From: Styela clava
Taxonomy: Eukaryota
Direction: 5' to 3'
Assembly (NCBI RefSeq): GCF_964204865.1
Contig: NC_135250.1
Location: 6,262,001-6,326,000, forward strand
Length of the DNA stretch: 64,000 bases
Made by a program: the position numbers and the translations under genes. Each line of letters opens with the position of its first letter. Position 1 is the first letter of the stretch. This document shows, piece after piece, positions 14,401 to 28,200 of the stretch. Under the pieces are notes generated by a model. The model did no database searches. It worked only from the letters and a program-made list of their open reading frames with translations, and had not been told where the DNA came from.

Positions 14401-15881
14401 TAAAAATTTGAAAGCAATTGGTCCAACAGTTAGACAGAATGGCGATTTTCTCACGACAACGTTAACAACTTGAAGGAGATTATTAACAATAATAACAATT
14501 CAATAAAATACCTATACTTACTTCACAGTTAATTCCCCAGAACCCCGGTTTGCATAAGCATATATGCTTGTTCCTTGCCAGTTCACAAGTGCCGTTGTTT
14601 TTACATGGATTTGGATTGCAGTCATTAACTTTCTGAATGAAAAACAAAAAAGCAGAACGTCTGACAAAGAAATATTGATAATAAAGTGTACAACACTTCA
14701 CTTGAATGCCAAGTCGTTGGGAATCGCGCAAAACAATCTACTTGTCTGACATTTTCTAACTTGTTGAAAGTGATATATGACTAATTTTAAAAGCTTAAAA
14801 TTAAGTTAGCGGTTGTGAACTTGGCTAAGTTTAGAAATGGAATTGAAATGGTGTTATTAATATCTAACAAACTGCACGTACTCAAGCGTCCATTGGGCCA
14901 GAAAACATCCTTCGATTAGAAACGGGTATTATGACGTTACGTTACGGTCCTTTTCATTACACATTTAAGAATATTAACTTTTGTTTAAATTCAAGTTGTT
15001 GATAAATTTATAGGCTTATAAATGCAATTTCGAAGTTCATGCATATTTTTGAAACTCTATTTATCACGTAATAATACATTGACGGGAATAAGAAAACACC
15101 AGCTCCTTCTATTTTGCAGTTCATATCTGAGTCAGTTCTGTTCCTGTGAGCATTGTTCAATAACAGTTTTCCACTGTCTATTACTTGTAATCAAACTGTG
15201 ATATATTTCAAAGTCGGACACTTTTGTATAGCATTTTATATAAAAAGCATTTCAGAGATAATTATATCAAGTTACCTCGCAATTCGGTCCCCAATATCCA
15301 TCAATACATTCGCATCGATATCTACTTCGTCTCCACCACGAATAGACACAGGTCCCATCATTTTTGCATGGATTAGAAGGGCAGCTTCTTTTTCGTGTTA
15401 CTTCAGCTTAAAATTTGTTATTGAATTTAAATTTATGGTTGTCAATATTATTATTGAACACTGTATATACTACTGATCAGGGCTGTGGAGTTAAGTAAAA
15501 TTTTCAATCGACTAGCCTACCTTTCAAGTTTAGTAATAGTTATTCTCTGACTTCTGGGTTGAAAAAAGTTCAACTCCGACGCCAGAGGACATTACATTTT
15601 GAAGAAAAAAACTGTAATAGAATGTCAGTCATCTTCATGTTTGCGAGTTTATGTATAAATTTTTATTATCATTAGGCAATATTTGATGAAAACGTACCAT
15701 TTTCCGACATCAAAGCCCTGCTTGTTATAGAATAATTATCAGTAGTAGCCAATAAGCGTAAAGATTACCGATGTCTCGCCCTATTTTTTTACTCTATGCC
15801 TGAATATATCGTAAACCAGTAAGAAACCAACTTACCTTTGATTTCCATACATATGAATATCAGAAGAATTAGGTACTTCAT
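11407..15881 (-). CDS. Small secreted protein with four tandem EGF-like domains, 6 exons, ~179 aa
   Basis: Exons (minus): 15836-15881 (MKYLILLIFICMEIK, signal-peptide-like), 15276-15406 (EVTRKRSCPSNPCKNDGTC...CECIDGYWGPNCE), 14522-14632 (KVNDCNPNPCKNNGTC...GFWGINCE), 13874-13990 (KNEDPCEPNPCKNNALC...GFSGEFCE), 12208-12330 (MPNSCRPNHCQNGGIC...GFRGIHCE), and a putative terminal exon 11407-11418 (HPG*) with AATAAA at 11291-11296. The EGF exons are solid; the terminal exon is tentative. Confidence 0.82.
12747..13056 (+). mobile_element. Helentron/DINE-1-like element, family B, nested in a hAT-like MITE (~12583-13170)
   Basis: Subterminal inverted repeats, (GACA)n microsatellite and a 3' hairpin. 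Near-identical in parts to 58311-58682. Confidence 0.72.
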
Positions 15882-16137
15882 TATTTAAATCTAATTTATT
15901 CCTAACGGTTACCTTATCATAATATTTAAGCTCGCGATATAGCCAGGAAAACCTTTAACAAATAAAATCTATTAATACTGTATTGAGTTCCATTAATGTA
16001 GTACGGATGAAGTAGATAGCATCGCGGTGACGCATTATAAATAACCAAATAAATATAAATCAATTACAGCACTTTAAGTTTTTAATTAAGTCAAGGATTA
16101 CAAGTACTTGTACACATCCCAATATTACCGTAAGATA

Positions 16138-16372
16138 CGGTTCCATTACATTTGAACCCACGTACATTTGAACCAACATACATTTGAATCACGTACATCT
16201 GAACCCACGACAATTACACCTGCATACTATTGCACTTATGGAAATTTATTTGTTTTACGGATATTTGAAACCATACTAACCCTAACCCATGGGTTTTAGC
16301 ACCCGCATATAGATTGAACCCGCGGATACACACATGGGTTCAAATGTACATGGTTCAAATGTACGGTCACCG
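16138..16372. mobile_element. MITE with tandem TACATTTGAACC subrepeats in inverted arms
   Basis: Left arm has several TACATTTGAACC-type units; right arm has GGTTCAAATGTA x2. TA flanks on both sides; internal CTAACCCTAACCC. Confidence 0.75.
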
Positions 16373-18228
16373 TACGATACATATGTGCATCCCAGACCTC
16401 GATTAGAGAAGGGAGTATTGTCGAAGAAATATAATAGGTCAAAATTTTCATTTTATTTTGAGACGCTGACGTTGCAAATATCTTGTAGAAACTGTTGTTG
16501 TCCAAACGTTTTCAACCCTTTTGGGCGACAAAGATATAACTCACATAGGTGAACACGATCAACACTGCAGTTAAATAATTCAGGTTACAATCGTCAAAGC
16601 GGGACACTATTCACCTGACACCGATTTTGGAACAGTTTCTATGCCAGATAATTACATGAAGACATATTACATTTGACATAACCTGGGCCTATATTGCAAT
16701 ACGAGGCAATTTTCGTGGAGTTTTGTGTTTCCTAAAAAACTAGATTCTTCACAACTTTCAATTTCTAGTGTCGCATGAACTGAACGGTAAATTCATCCAT
16801 ATACCATGCTAATGGGTTTATATAGCTATTTTTCAACAGCTGCTGTTGAAAATACTGGCGGCTAATTTTGAGGGCTAGTCTTTTCCGGCCTTTCGATCAA
16901 TTTTATATCTTTGCAACTGCACTCTTTCACTTACGATGAAAAAATGATTATCTGATCTATTCTTTCATTTTGGAAACATAACCAAAAACAGATAAATAAC
17001 ACTCAAAACTATGAAAACGGGTCAATATACAAATATTTCTGCAATTCTGTCGGAGTGGAAAAGGTGTCATGACTCCTTGCTGATTGGCCATTGTTGCGGA
17101 ATTAAACAAGGAATCCAATTCTCGGAAAAGATCCATTTCATTCGGCTATGAACGTACATGTATAAATGACCACTTTTTGAATAAATAATTAAATTACCGT
17201 CTTTTAATAGAATTTGTTATATCCATAATTTTGGTTTCCTTGCTTAAATTGTACATTTTTGGCAGCGTTTTGTTTTGATGCAAAAGCTTTTGTTTCTGGT
17301 AACGCAACTAATGGGTGCGGTAGCATTTGTAACGTAAATTTCAAAACGCTCAAATCTTTCTCTCTGCCGTCGCTGATTGACTGCACCTTTCGACTTCTGG
17401 TCGGCTTCACTTCTGTGTCAGCCTCACAAACATCTAACGCATTTTAATTTGTATACACTACTAGATATTACGCGACTTAAAAGGTCGTTAGCACTTTATT
17501 TGGCACAAACAACGTCGGATTATCACGTTTTGTGGTAAGCTCGCGTGGACTTGACCGCAAAACATGGTATAAGAGCATCTCGGAAGTCACGATTCAGACG
17601 ACGTGGTTGCAATATACATAACACTCAAGTTCCTGACGATATTCAATCTATATACGATAAAAATTTTCCTCGGTCGCGGAAAACATTGAAACGATAAAAA
17701 ATATTGTACAGGTAGACTATACTAAAATTGAACTTGAGTTCAATCGCACTAAAAAGAATGCAAGCAATATCAAACGCCAGTTATAAATAATGATATGAAT
17801 TTGCGGTGCATGTCCGCGCTGCAATATTGCTTCTGTCGTATACGGTACTAGATCTGCAATAGATGAACCTTACAAAAGTGTGCCGTTACAGTATTTCAAT
17901 AGTCGCAAGCTAGTATGACCACGCTAAAACTGCAATTTAGACTATTAACGAACAAATGTGAATTCAACATTATAAATTAAAGGTCAAGATTGATTTCGAA
18001 AAGTCATTGCTACATCGCAAGTAGTGCAAAAGCTTTTCCTGACATTTAACCAATTTTGAAATGAGAGGCAGGTGACATTTCCAGAATTTATTACGAAGAT
18101 TATCACCTAACATGCGAAAAGCAGTTTAAGCAGGATAAAAATAAAATTTAATATTAGTAACTTGTTTTTGTGACCAGTTTCCAAATAAAATATCGTAATT
18201 TCGCATTCGGTCCCAAGCTCATGAAAAT

Positions 18229-18680
18229 GAAACAAATAACCGACGAACTAACCCCATAAACGACAAGAATTGGTAACCGAACGAGAGGGCATGGCGCACC
18301 ATGTGATTGAGATGTATTACCTCCTTTCCTCTCCCGGAGGATAAAAGTGACATTCTGTAACACGCGCGCCACTGATTTCCATGAATATAACCACCAAGAT
18401 CTATTCGCATATTCAGGGATGCATACAGGCCGTTCAGAATGGGTACCCGTATGGAAATTTTGAAACAACCGCAGCCTTTAAAACGTTAAATGCTGGCTTT
18501 TTTTTATTTATCTGGTATTGATTTTTCGGTCTTACGGCTAGTCCATGCATCTGAAACAAATAACTGACGAACGAACCTTATAAACGTGATGCACTGGCAC
18601 TTGGACGAGATACCCCATATGATTAGAACGTTATATCAGCTTTCTCTCTCCCGGGATAAATATAGAAATCCTGTAACTAC
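18229..18680 (+). repeat. Two adjacent diverged copies of the SINE-like family C 3' region
   Basis: Both read AAACAAATAAC...CGAGAG...CCATRTGATT...TTTCCTCTCCCGG-GATAAA. Related to 19760-19850, 34420-34585 (minus) and 61750-61870. Confidence 0.55.
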
Positions 18681-19232
18681 CATGTGAATGACAACGTTGA
18701 TGTGCCACTGCCAATATTATGCCGGAATCACTCTCGAAATATCATCAGTCACAAAATTATCTCACAATTTTTTACTCTATAGTAGAGGAAATAATGTATA
18801 AAAAAGATTTATTTGAAATGTATGTGAATTGCTGGCATGACTTCACGAGTGAATAGAACTCACATAAGTTTTCTGTGGCTAATTTGAGTAATTGATCAAG
18901 TGCCCTGTCAGTCCAAAAGCACTTGGCCAGATATAGATAGGACTCATTATCGTGTATTTAGGGTGCTCGACCTCCCGGGTTTAAGAAACCATAAAAAGCG
19001 AGAGGTGGAGAATCAACAAAAAATGTCCATTTTATACCAATACGTATATACTCCTTAGTCTGCCTTATTTTTAGGCATTAGGATTAACAGGCAGTAAAAA
19101 AGTGAAAAGCATATCCATTTTGTTGGAAGGGTCAACACATCGTCTGGGTTTAGAACCGGTAGTAATAGATGTGAGGTGAGCTCTGCTTCGCCGCTTCCTT
19201 AGGTCGTTCAAGTTTATTCAGCTATTTACAAT

Positions 19233-22200
19233 TCAATTGAAAGCAAGACGGAATTTGCTTTCATGTTCCTTTTTCATCATGTCAACTTGTTTACCTATGT
19301 CATCAACTTTGTGATTTAGAGAAGCGGAATTTGAATCCAACCATTGTAATGAGTCCATGTGAGCAGAAAGAATCTTTCCAATCTGTAATATCTGAAAAAT
19401 ACATTGATAAAGTTTTTACATCTAATAACATGACAATGCTCCATTCATTGCTGGTTACAATGCGAGCCAAATTCAAGAATTGAGTACCAAACAAAATTAT
19501 CTGACTGACTTGGCATTTTTAGCTATTACTGCTGAAAGTTATGCATGGCAGTGATGATTATCTTGCAAGTTCACTTAACCAGTGACTAATTTTTTTAATT
19601 ATGGTTTTGTGTCAGCACATGTTTATGGACTTACTGATTGGCTATACCCATACACATCCTTGATAAACAGATGAGAGCGCTGTGTTCTGCCACATGATTA
19701 GTCATCTTATTTGATATAACTTCAATTAATCTGAGAAACTTGTGTCTAGTTGTTTTTACTATTCAAGTCCAGAAAACAAATAACTACTGATTAGGCCGTC
19801 TCATCAGCTCCCCCCCCCCCCCTCGAGATAAACATGTAAATCCTTTACCCTATTGCATCAAATCTTGTAGCAAAGTCAGTTACCGCCATCGCTCGTGCCA
19901 ATCCCAAATATTCAATCAAAATTCTAAACTTCACAGAAGCAAAACCTTTCCTTACCGGATTATTAGCATTAGCAGGTGTACTTGTAGAATTGATATGTTC
20001 AACAACTTCTTTTAAATCTTGTGCCATATTCTTCAGTTGACTGTCGATATTCTCAGCAAGATTGTACCTAAAAATTATGTTTAGTCTCAATAAAAGAGCT
20101 TTCTAAAACTGATTGAAACGGTCCAGTCCATCATAAATATTCTACAAGTCAAAATGGGCATCACACAGTCATAGTAAGTGGCCAGAATCCCATTGCTTGT
20201 TTTTTTTTTATAATTAACCAGATTTTGATTTATCATAGGCAATAAATTATGTGGCGAAGTTTTGGTCCCTGTTTTGAAATTGTTTTCTTTTATGCGAAAA
20301 ACAATATTCAGAGAGATATAGGTTATTTTTTTAATCATCCAGTTGATAATTATGTACCCAATTTAAATAATTGTAATTGGATAATCATGATTATTTATTC
20401 AATTGGATGCTTATCTTTACAGATAAAAGATAACAGATAAGATATAGTTTTCAGTAACTAACGTTCGTTCTCTCTCTAAATCAGCATGATGAGTGTGGAC
20501 AGATGATGAGAGAGCGGACATTCTCTGTTTCGTATTTTCTTCGAGTGGTTTGAGTAACTCCTCAAGCTCCAGTTGCTGAGTCTTAATATAATCTAACTCA
20601 GCATTGAGACGTTTTTGACTCGACTCAACATCATCAAATTCAGTATTTAAATTTGTGATCTGAAAACGAAATTTCAAATTATATCTATTTCTTCAGGAAA
20701 ATTCCGTATTTTCAAATAATTTTTTTTGGCAACAAAGTGATTCTAAAAATGAAAAATAAAATCCCCAGCTACCAAGAGAATTAAAAATTCAAACTTGAAT
20801 TAATTTGAAGCACAATTTGTGAGTTATTTATTTAACTGCAACAATATACAGATTTCAGACTAAAAGAGATGTAATGTATCCATAAAGCGATAACGAAGCA
20901 TAACAAAAAATAAATGGAAAAAAATATAGTTTTCTCAATTTATTCTATTTTACTTTATTTCAGCTGCGCAGTAACTGTGTTACATGAATACTAACCTTAT
21001 CAGAATTCTCGATCAAGAGTCTATTCCATGCATTAACATGTGTCGCCTGCGTCAAAAACAATTTTTCTTGTTGTTCAAGTTCTGTGATCCATGTATTTAC
21101 TTTCTTCTCAAGATCAGAATATTTCATTGTAGGTGCTGTGACTGTTGATGAGGTGGATGAAGCTGAAATAAGAGAGAAATAATTTAGTCATTAAGAAGAT
21201 TTTTTTATTGTGAGTGGATGTTACCAGGCTGATTCAAAGTAAAACAACTTTTTTATATTACCGAAAATAGGTTTTGTATGTTTGAAAAAAGTAAGTTGGA
21301 TATATGAAATAGGGGAGATGCTAATCTTTGGCCAAAGTGGCTGAAAAACCTGTTCTATTCCTCTTTTCAACAGGATGTACATATTTAGGTTTTTTTCAAC
21401 TAGCAAAGCTCCTAAAAACAAGATTTTTTTGAGTGTTTTTTCCGAGTTCACTATTTGCAGAAATTTTTCAACGGCTAGATTTTAATACAGTGGATTGCTT
21501 ATAAAAACCAAAAACTGTCTGGCATAACATGCATTCAATAATTCTACTTGATACAAACCTGTAGTGGATGTTGCGGCAGTGGAGTTTCCACCCAAACTGA
21601 ATTTACTAGTGCCAGTTGTACTAGCAATTGAAGATGCTGTTGCTGCTGAAGTAGTCTGTGCAGTTGAAGACGTGTTGAACAAAGAACTACCTCCGCCTAG
21701 CTTAAACGCTGAAGATGTAGATACGGTAGGAGTCGGTGCTGCAGTTGAAGTTTGTCCCAACGTACCTAAATAAAAAATATAAATATATGGTAAAGGATCT
21801 ACATATAACTCACAACACCTTTTGCAGATGAGAAAAATGCGCTGTAAAGACTATTTCTGTTTTAAATACAGGAGTAAAAGGCGCTACAGAAGTGCATGTA
21901 CCAATATGAAGGTAACTAATTTTGTTGGCTATTTACATCAAGTTGTGCACAGGTACTGAAACCTATGAGCACAGAGGGTATATACATCGTAATTCGTAAT
22001 AGAACTAAAATAAGAAAAATCAGAATAAAATTATCGCCCAACCCTAACCTGGTACACACACTACGGGAGTACCCCGGAATCATCCAATTGGCATTGTCTT
22101 CTCATTTTACTACACTCTGGGTGACATAGTGGAAATGGTACCAGAGATATTTAACCAGTGCCGCCAGCCCGCCACCATAGTTGACTCTAACACTTCAACC

Positions 22201-25200
22201 ACTGAGCCCTCTCGTACATGATTTAAAAAAATTTCACAGAGTATAATACATTATGCAGAAATCTTGGATTTTTCTCTACCTATGAACAAATAAACAACTT
22301 ACTTAACCCTGCAGGGGTAGATGATGTTTTGCCAAAAGAAAACCCACCAGCAGCTGGAGCTGGAGTAGTGGTTGCAGTCGAAGTCGCAGATCCTAGTTTA
22401 GCTCCCAGACCTTCAAACAAAAATGTTAAAGATGTAGAATTCTATACAATCTAGGCATTTCCGGTAGCGCGCGGGCTACAATAATTTCCAACTATAACAA
22501 TAGCAACATCAAACTTTAAATTATGACACACCCGCAACTCCTATTTCTATGTTAATTACAACTATCCGCAAGTAAACGACATACAACAATAATGAATTTA
22601 TGAGCATATTTTATTGTATTGTAATTTTTATGTATTAAAAGTAAGGTCGTTCGAGGGACACAAAAAATTTGTTTGCGGGCGCATTTGGCCCGCTGGCCGC
22701 AGTTTGTCGACTTCTGATTTACAGTTTCCTCCATCATATAGTCCATTCATCTGATACTATTGTTTTTATTTGTAAACCTGACCAGGATTGGCCGTAGTAA
22801 CCGAATTAAGCAGATTTATTGGATTTCCTCCAACCAAATATAAATACTCGAGATGCTATCCTGGACTAAAGCCACCGCAACTTTTTTTTTTCTAAATCCA
22901 TTTTAAATTTTTGAGCATGTATTTTTAAAATAAAATTCGTCAAAAATCTGATGAAACAGATATTGTTACTAAGGTAGAGAAGTAGAAGTAATCTTAGAGA
23001 TCAGAAATCCAGGAAAATCAATTTCTCCCTAAAAAATTATTCTGCGCAATTTAAAAATAAAGGCAACTATGTTAAATTTATATTGTAATTACCGAAGCCA
23101 AGCCCGCTACTCGTAGTTGATGCGGGTGCCGCTGATGTTGTTTTGGGAGTGGATAATGAAAATCCTGAGACATTTGTCTGTGCCACTGGAGCAGATGTCG
23201 CAGCTGAAATCAAAGGGAACTTTAGTATATATTTATATAGTATACAATCACTCCGTAGAACATTGATAATTTGTTTATTTTTATGAATCAAGATACACAT
23301 GCATATTTTAATTTAATAAATATTTGAAATTAGGAGTATTATTAATTAATTTCAAATATTTGTTAATTATCGGTGATTCGACTATACGGCTTACTCCCAA
23401 GCTTTTTACCTATCCGTGATGCCAGACAAGAAAAAGGTTAACATAGAAAGTTTTTCTACACCATTGGTCAAAGCACCTATATTTTTAGCCTAAGCAGGGG
23501 TGCTCGACCTTCAATACAGGAGGGTCAGATACAAATGACTGGGTGAAACCGCGGACCACATCGTTATCACACATAGGTTTTCTAGTACTTGCAGGCACAA
23601 AAATTTTGGTTATTGAACCTATGACATGTATTGTTCGCTTCGCGCAAGCTAGCTGTTAGGGATTTGTAACGTCGTAGGCATAGATAGACTTGGGTATAGG
23701 CTTTGCAACGCAAAGGGATTGGTATTACTTGCACATGCTAGATTAAACTAAATTGAAAACTAGTTTCGCATGCTGCACACCATTCAAAATTGTCACCTCC
23801 CCGCAGGTCGTACAATTCACCGCATTTGGCCCGCGAGCCGCAAGTGGCACACCGCTGATCTCTAGAGTGTTGGAGAACAAGACATAGCCTTGTTCTGAGC
23901 AAAATCCAGGCAAAAAAAGGACGTATAAAAAGGTTGGCATCCCAAAGCGATCGTGTTTCTGGCTTTTTACTGATTATTCAGATTCACAAGGTCACTCCTG
24001 ATTAAATTACAATTATTATATTAAACATTATTTGAAATTTCACCTGTAGCTTGACCAAAATTAAATCCTCCAGCAGCCGGCTGAGTGGTCTGAGCAACTG
24101 TTTTTTGTGTAGCTGTGACAAAGGAAAAAAATCTATTTGTATTTATTCTATAAATACCGTTTTTGCCCCCCTAAGTAGGGGAGGCCAGGGTTACTGGAAA
24201 ATGTATTATGGAGAATTTAATAAAAGTACATAAAAACAAAAATTGCATTTGATTTTTACAGATAACTTGATTTTGAACGTAGTCCGATGGGTTATTCTAG
24301 AATTCTGCATTGCAAATAATTTCTATCTTGAATAATAATCTTGATAACGTATTTTTGTAAACAAGTCGAGACCAAATCAAATTAATCAAAAAAAAGCAGT
24401 AACATTGAATATCTCATGTTTTACAGAAAAGGGAAAACTTATTCAGATGACATTAAATTTTGTAAAACTGGAGACTAGGGAGACCTCTATAACTTGTATT
24501 ATCTTAAAGATGACAAATTTCGGTTTGATTCCCAAATAAAATCTGCGATCAATACTCGGAATGTAAAAATTATGAATGTTATAGCAAAAAAGGTCTTCGT
24601 CTCTTTTTTAATGAAATTTTTTCAGGGCAAGGTCACAAACACTCACTGAGGAATGAAGAAGATTGATTGATCCCTGAGCTAAGTTATGGGAGACTCAATA
24701 ATTATAGTGTAAAATTGGGTGTTCATAAATACAGATTAAAAAGACTTCGTAAATGTTAATGCCAAAATTCTTAAAAAATAATATAGAATGAAATCCGCCA
24801 CAAACATATTTCTGTGATATCCCATCTTAATAAGCTATTCCAGGGTGGTACGCGGGCTTCATTATCTGTGGCCCGCGTCACAGTCGGAGAGGAATTAAAA
24901 AATCTCATTTCGTGTTGTTTCGTCATAAAATAACCAAAAAATCTTCTGACATATTGTTGCATCCCTAATGTCACTGAATTGACTAGTGTTACGGCTTGCT
25001 GAGGCAACTAGCGAAGTTAAACGAGCAAAGTTCTTGGCACTGATGTGGCCGGCGAACAATGCAAAAATAATTTTGTGGCCCGCGGAGCTGCCAATTTTGG
25101 ACCACCCTGAGCTATCCTTTCAAAGACAAAAGTGCAAGATAAAAAGCTTAAAACAGAGTACTTACGTACACCTAGACCAGCAAACCCTGCTCCTAGTGGT

Positions 25201-28200
25201 ATTCCAGCAACATTGGCAGCTGTTGTTGCCGGTGCTGCAGTTGCAGCAGGCTTATTAAATGAAAAAGCACCTCCTAGTCCAGTACTTGCCCCTGAAATTT
25301 TTCATACAAAATTTAAGATTAAATTACTAAAAAAAAAGCATGAAACAGAAACCTTTTTGGTTTCTATAACTCAATGATTAATATTCAGATTACAACCAGA
25401 ATGATACGCCCAAAACAATTCAACTATTCAAATCGATTCAGAATAAAATAGTTTCTAAATTCAAGGGATAATTTCACTAAAAAAAATTGATGTTTTCAGT
25501 AAGCGTAAAGACACAAAGCATGAGTGTCATTACGATTAATTAATGCAAACACAGCCAGATGTCACTTAAAATTACTCCAGATAAAGTTACTTTCACATTT
25601 TCATTCGTTAAAAAACAGGATATTAGTGGGAGGAATTACCCAAGGGGGGCTCCATACTTTGGAATTGTATCAGGCTATGCTTGAATGGCCTACTCCTGTA
25701 GTGCCAGGTTAGGGTCTGGCAATAATTTTATTCAGATTTTCCTTATATTAATTCTATTATGAGTTTGGGAACTGTCTGTGGTAGCCAAGTGAATAGGCTT
25801 CCGTCCCTTCACAACTTAAAGTAAAGTAGGCAAACAAAATTAGTTACCTCTATATTGGTACACACACTTCTGGAGCGCCTAAATAGGTATTTATTAATAA
25901 AATCAAAATAAGGAAGAATGAATTTACCTGCATTGCCTGATAATGAAAATGGTTTGCTTCCGCCAGTCAATGTACCCGTTCCACTTAGACCTGAAATGAA
26001 TAAAACAATTTTGATTCAATTAAGCCTTTTGAAAAACATTAGAACAGTGGTACTTGATTTTTTCACAATAAATGACCAGCGAAAATTCCCCCTCAAAAAA
26101 CTAGATGGCTATGTGGAATCAAAATAAGTAAAAGAGAATATACCAATACTTTTATTACAAAAGCCCCTATGTTGTGTACACATTTTTGTGGAATTGCAAA
26201 AATCCACGTCAACTATTAATATCAAGAGGGCCCATAAAGGGAAGGGAGCACTTGTTCAAATATAATATGAACACATAAGGCGAACGATTTTCATATAAAA
26301 GTGTTGAAAGAAAAATTTTGGGTAAAAAATAATGTCACACGGGACTCGAAGTAAAGTGATATCTTAATAGTTAAACATAGTTTGTTTCGGTTTGGTGTTC
26401 GACTACCGATTTTTCATGTGCGATGACGTCATAACAAATTGTTCACCTTGTGGCAGTTCGGCTCTCACACCTTAGTCGCAAAGATTGCCATGCCGGTAAC
26501 ATCGCTCTCTTGTTGAATGGCCAAGAGGCAGTCGAGATGCGTGGTTCGAGTGACGTCATCTCACTCGATGGAGCGCTAGGGAGTTTGAGCACCGAATACC
26601 CGTTCAAATAACACAACATTTTTAGGCTAGAATTTTTTGGGCGGCTACCGAATTGTTCGAATATCGAGTCGTTCGACTACCGAGGTATCACTGTGATTTG
26701 AATGAGAATAAAAGCCTTTTAGCGGCTTTAACTATCAAGTACTGAAAAATTTATTAGTTGCAAAAAAAAAATCTTTTTTTCACAACAGCATCAATTTAGT
26801 ATGACAATCCATATGTATACTTAATGTCCATTAATAGAATTGCTAGTAACGATCTATTACCAAGTAAAATTCAAGACGTTTACTGGTAAACTATCTCACC
26901 CCCAAATGAAGGAGTTGATTGTGACTGTGCAATAGTAGATGCAGCTGGTTGACTGAAAGAAAACCCATTACCAGTACTTGCTGCACCAAGAGCTGTGAAA
27001 TAACATAAACATTAGTTAGAGTCATATGTAATTATACAATGATACAATTCAATACAATATATACTGCATGAAAAAGGGAGGACAAAGAATACCTAGATTT
27101 TTTTGTCATCGTCGGCACGATTGCATGGTGGTAAAAGCATTGACTTTAAAATTTTATCGTTGCAGGTTAAAAATCTCAAATTCAAATACCTTGCCCAGTC
27201 AGAGTGTAATGAATTGGGTAGGTATTAGGCAACATCGTATAAATTAATTAACAAACATTGTATTAATTTTTTTTTCAACCTTTAATAACCCCCCCCCCCC
27301 CTCCAAAAAACCAACCAATAATAACCAACAAGCAGTTTGAAAACAAATAATACATTCAAAACATCCCAACTTCGCAAGAATATATGCAAATGAGAATTAT
27401 GGTTGTGCAGTATAAAATTAAAATCCCAAACAATTTCGCTAACAGGAAGACTTCGCTTCGGAAGATTTATCTCTCTATATAAACACTGCAATAAATCAAC
27501 AAAACTTATATCCACATACCACTTGCACCACCAAATGAAAAACCAGTGCTTTGTGGTTGTGGAGCAGCTGCAGTTCCAAATAATCCAGATGCTGGTTTTG
27601 GTTGTGCTGCAGTACTTGCGCCTGCACCAAAGCCCCCGATAGGAGCACTAGACCCAAACGCTGGAGCTGGAGTGTTAGTACTGACTCCACCAAATGAAAA
27701 ACCAGAAGGAGCAGTTGTCGCAGCTGGTGTGGATCCAAATCCTAAAAGAGTAAAAGTCTTTGTTGACTTCCAATTCAAAAGTACAGGTTGATTCAATAAC
27801 AGAACCCAGGTTTTAACACATCTTCGAGAGACCATAATCATAGATTCCTGAAATTTTTGGGCATAGTCACATACAAACAGAAGTTCAACTGTATCCACAA
27901 TATTTAAGTCAAGCTATCACTGAAATGTTGCCATGCTTAGCTTACTTTATTATAGAAATTATGAAGTTTTTATTCAGAAACTGAAGAAATTCCTGATTGT
28001 CAACAAAACTTAAATTCAAAAATATTCACTAAAATTTCAGTTTTATAAGAAGCCTTTCCATCTTCTTGTCTGCTTTGGAAAATATATCCAATTATGATGG
28101 TGCAAGGAAATGCGGTTTCGGCGAGAGGCTTAGAGCAGTCAAGTCTATGGCAATGTAATGTGAAAAATGCTACAACATAGTGAATTCCATAAGTACTGAA

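Noticed and set aside
17204-18468. Short ORFs between the EGF gene and Nup62
   Set aside because: No recognisable motifs or consistent splice structure; 18154-18468 overlaps SINE-like repeat sequence.
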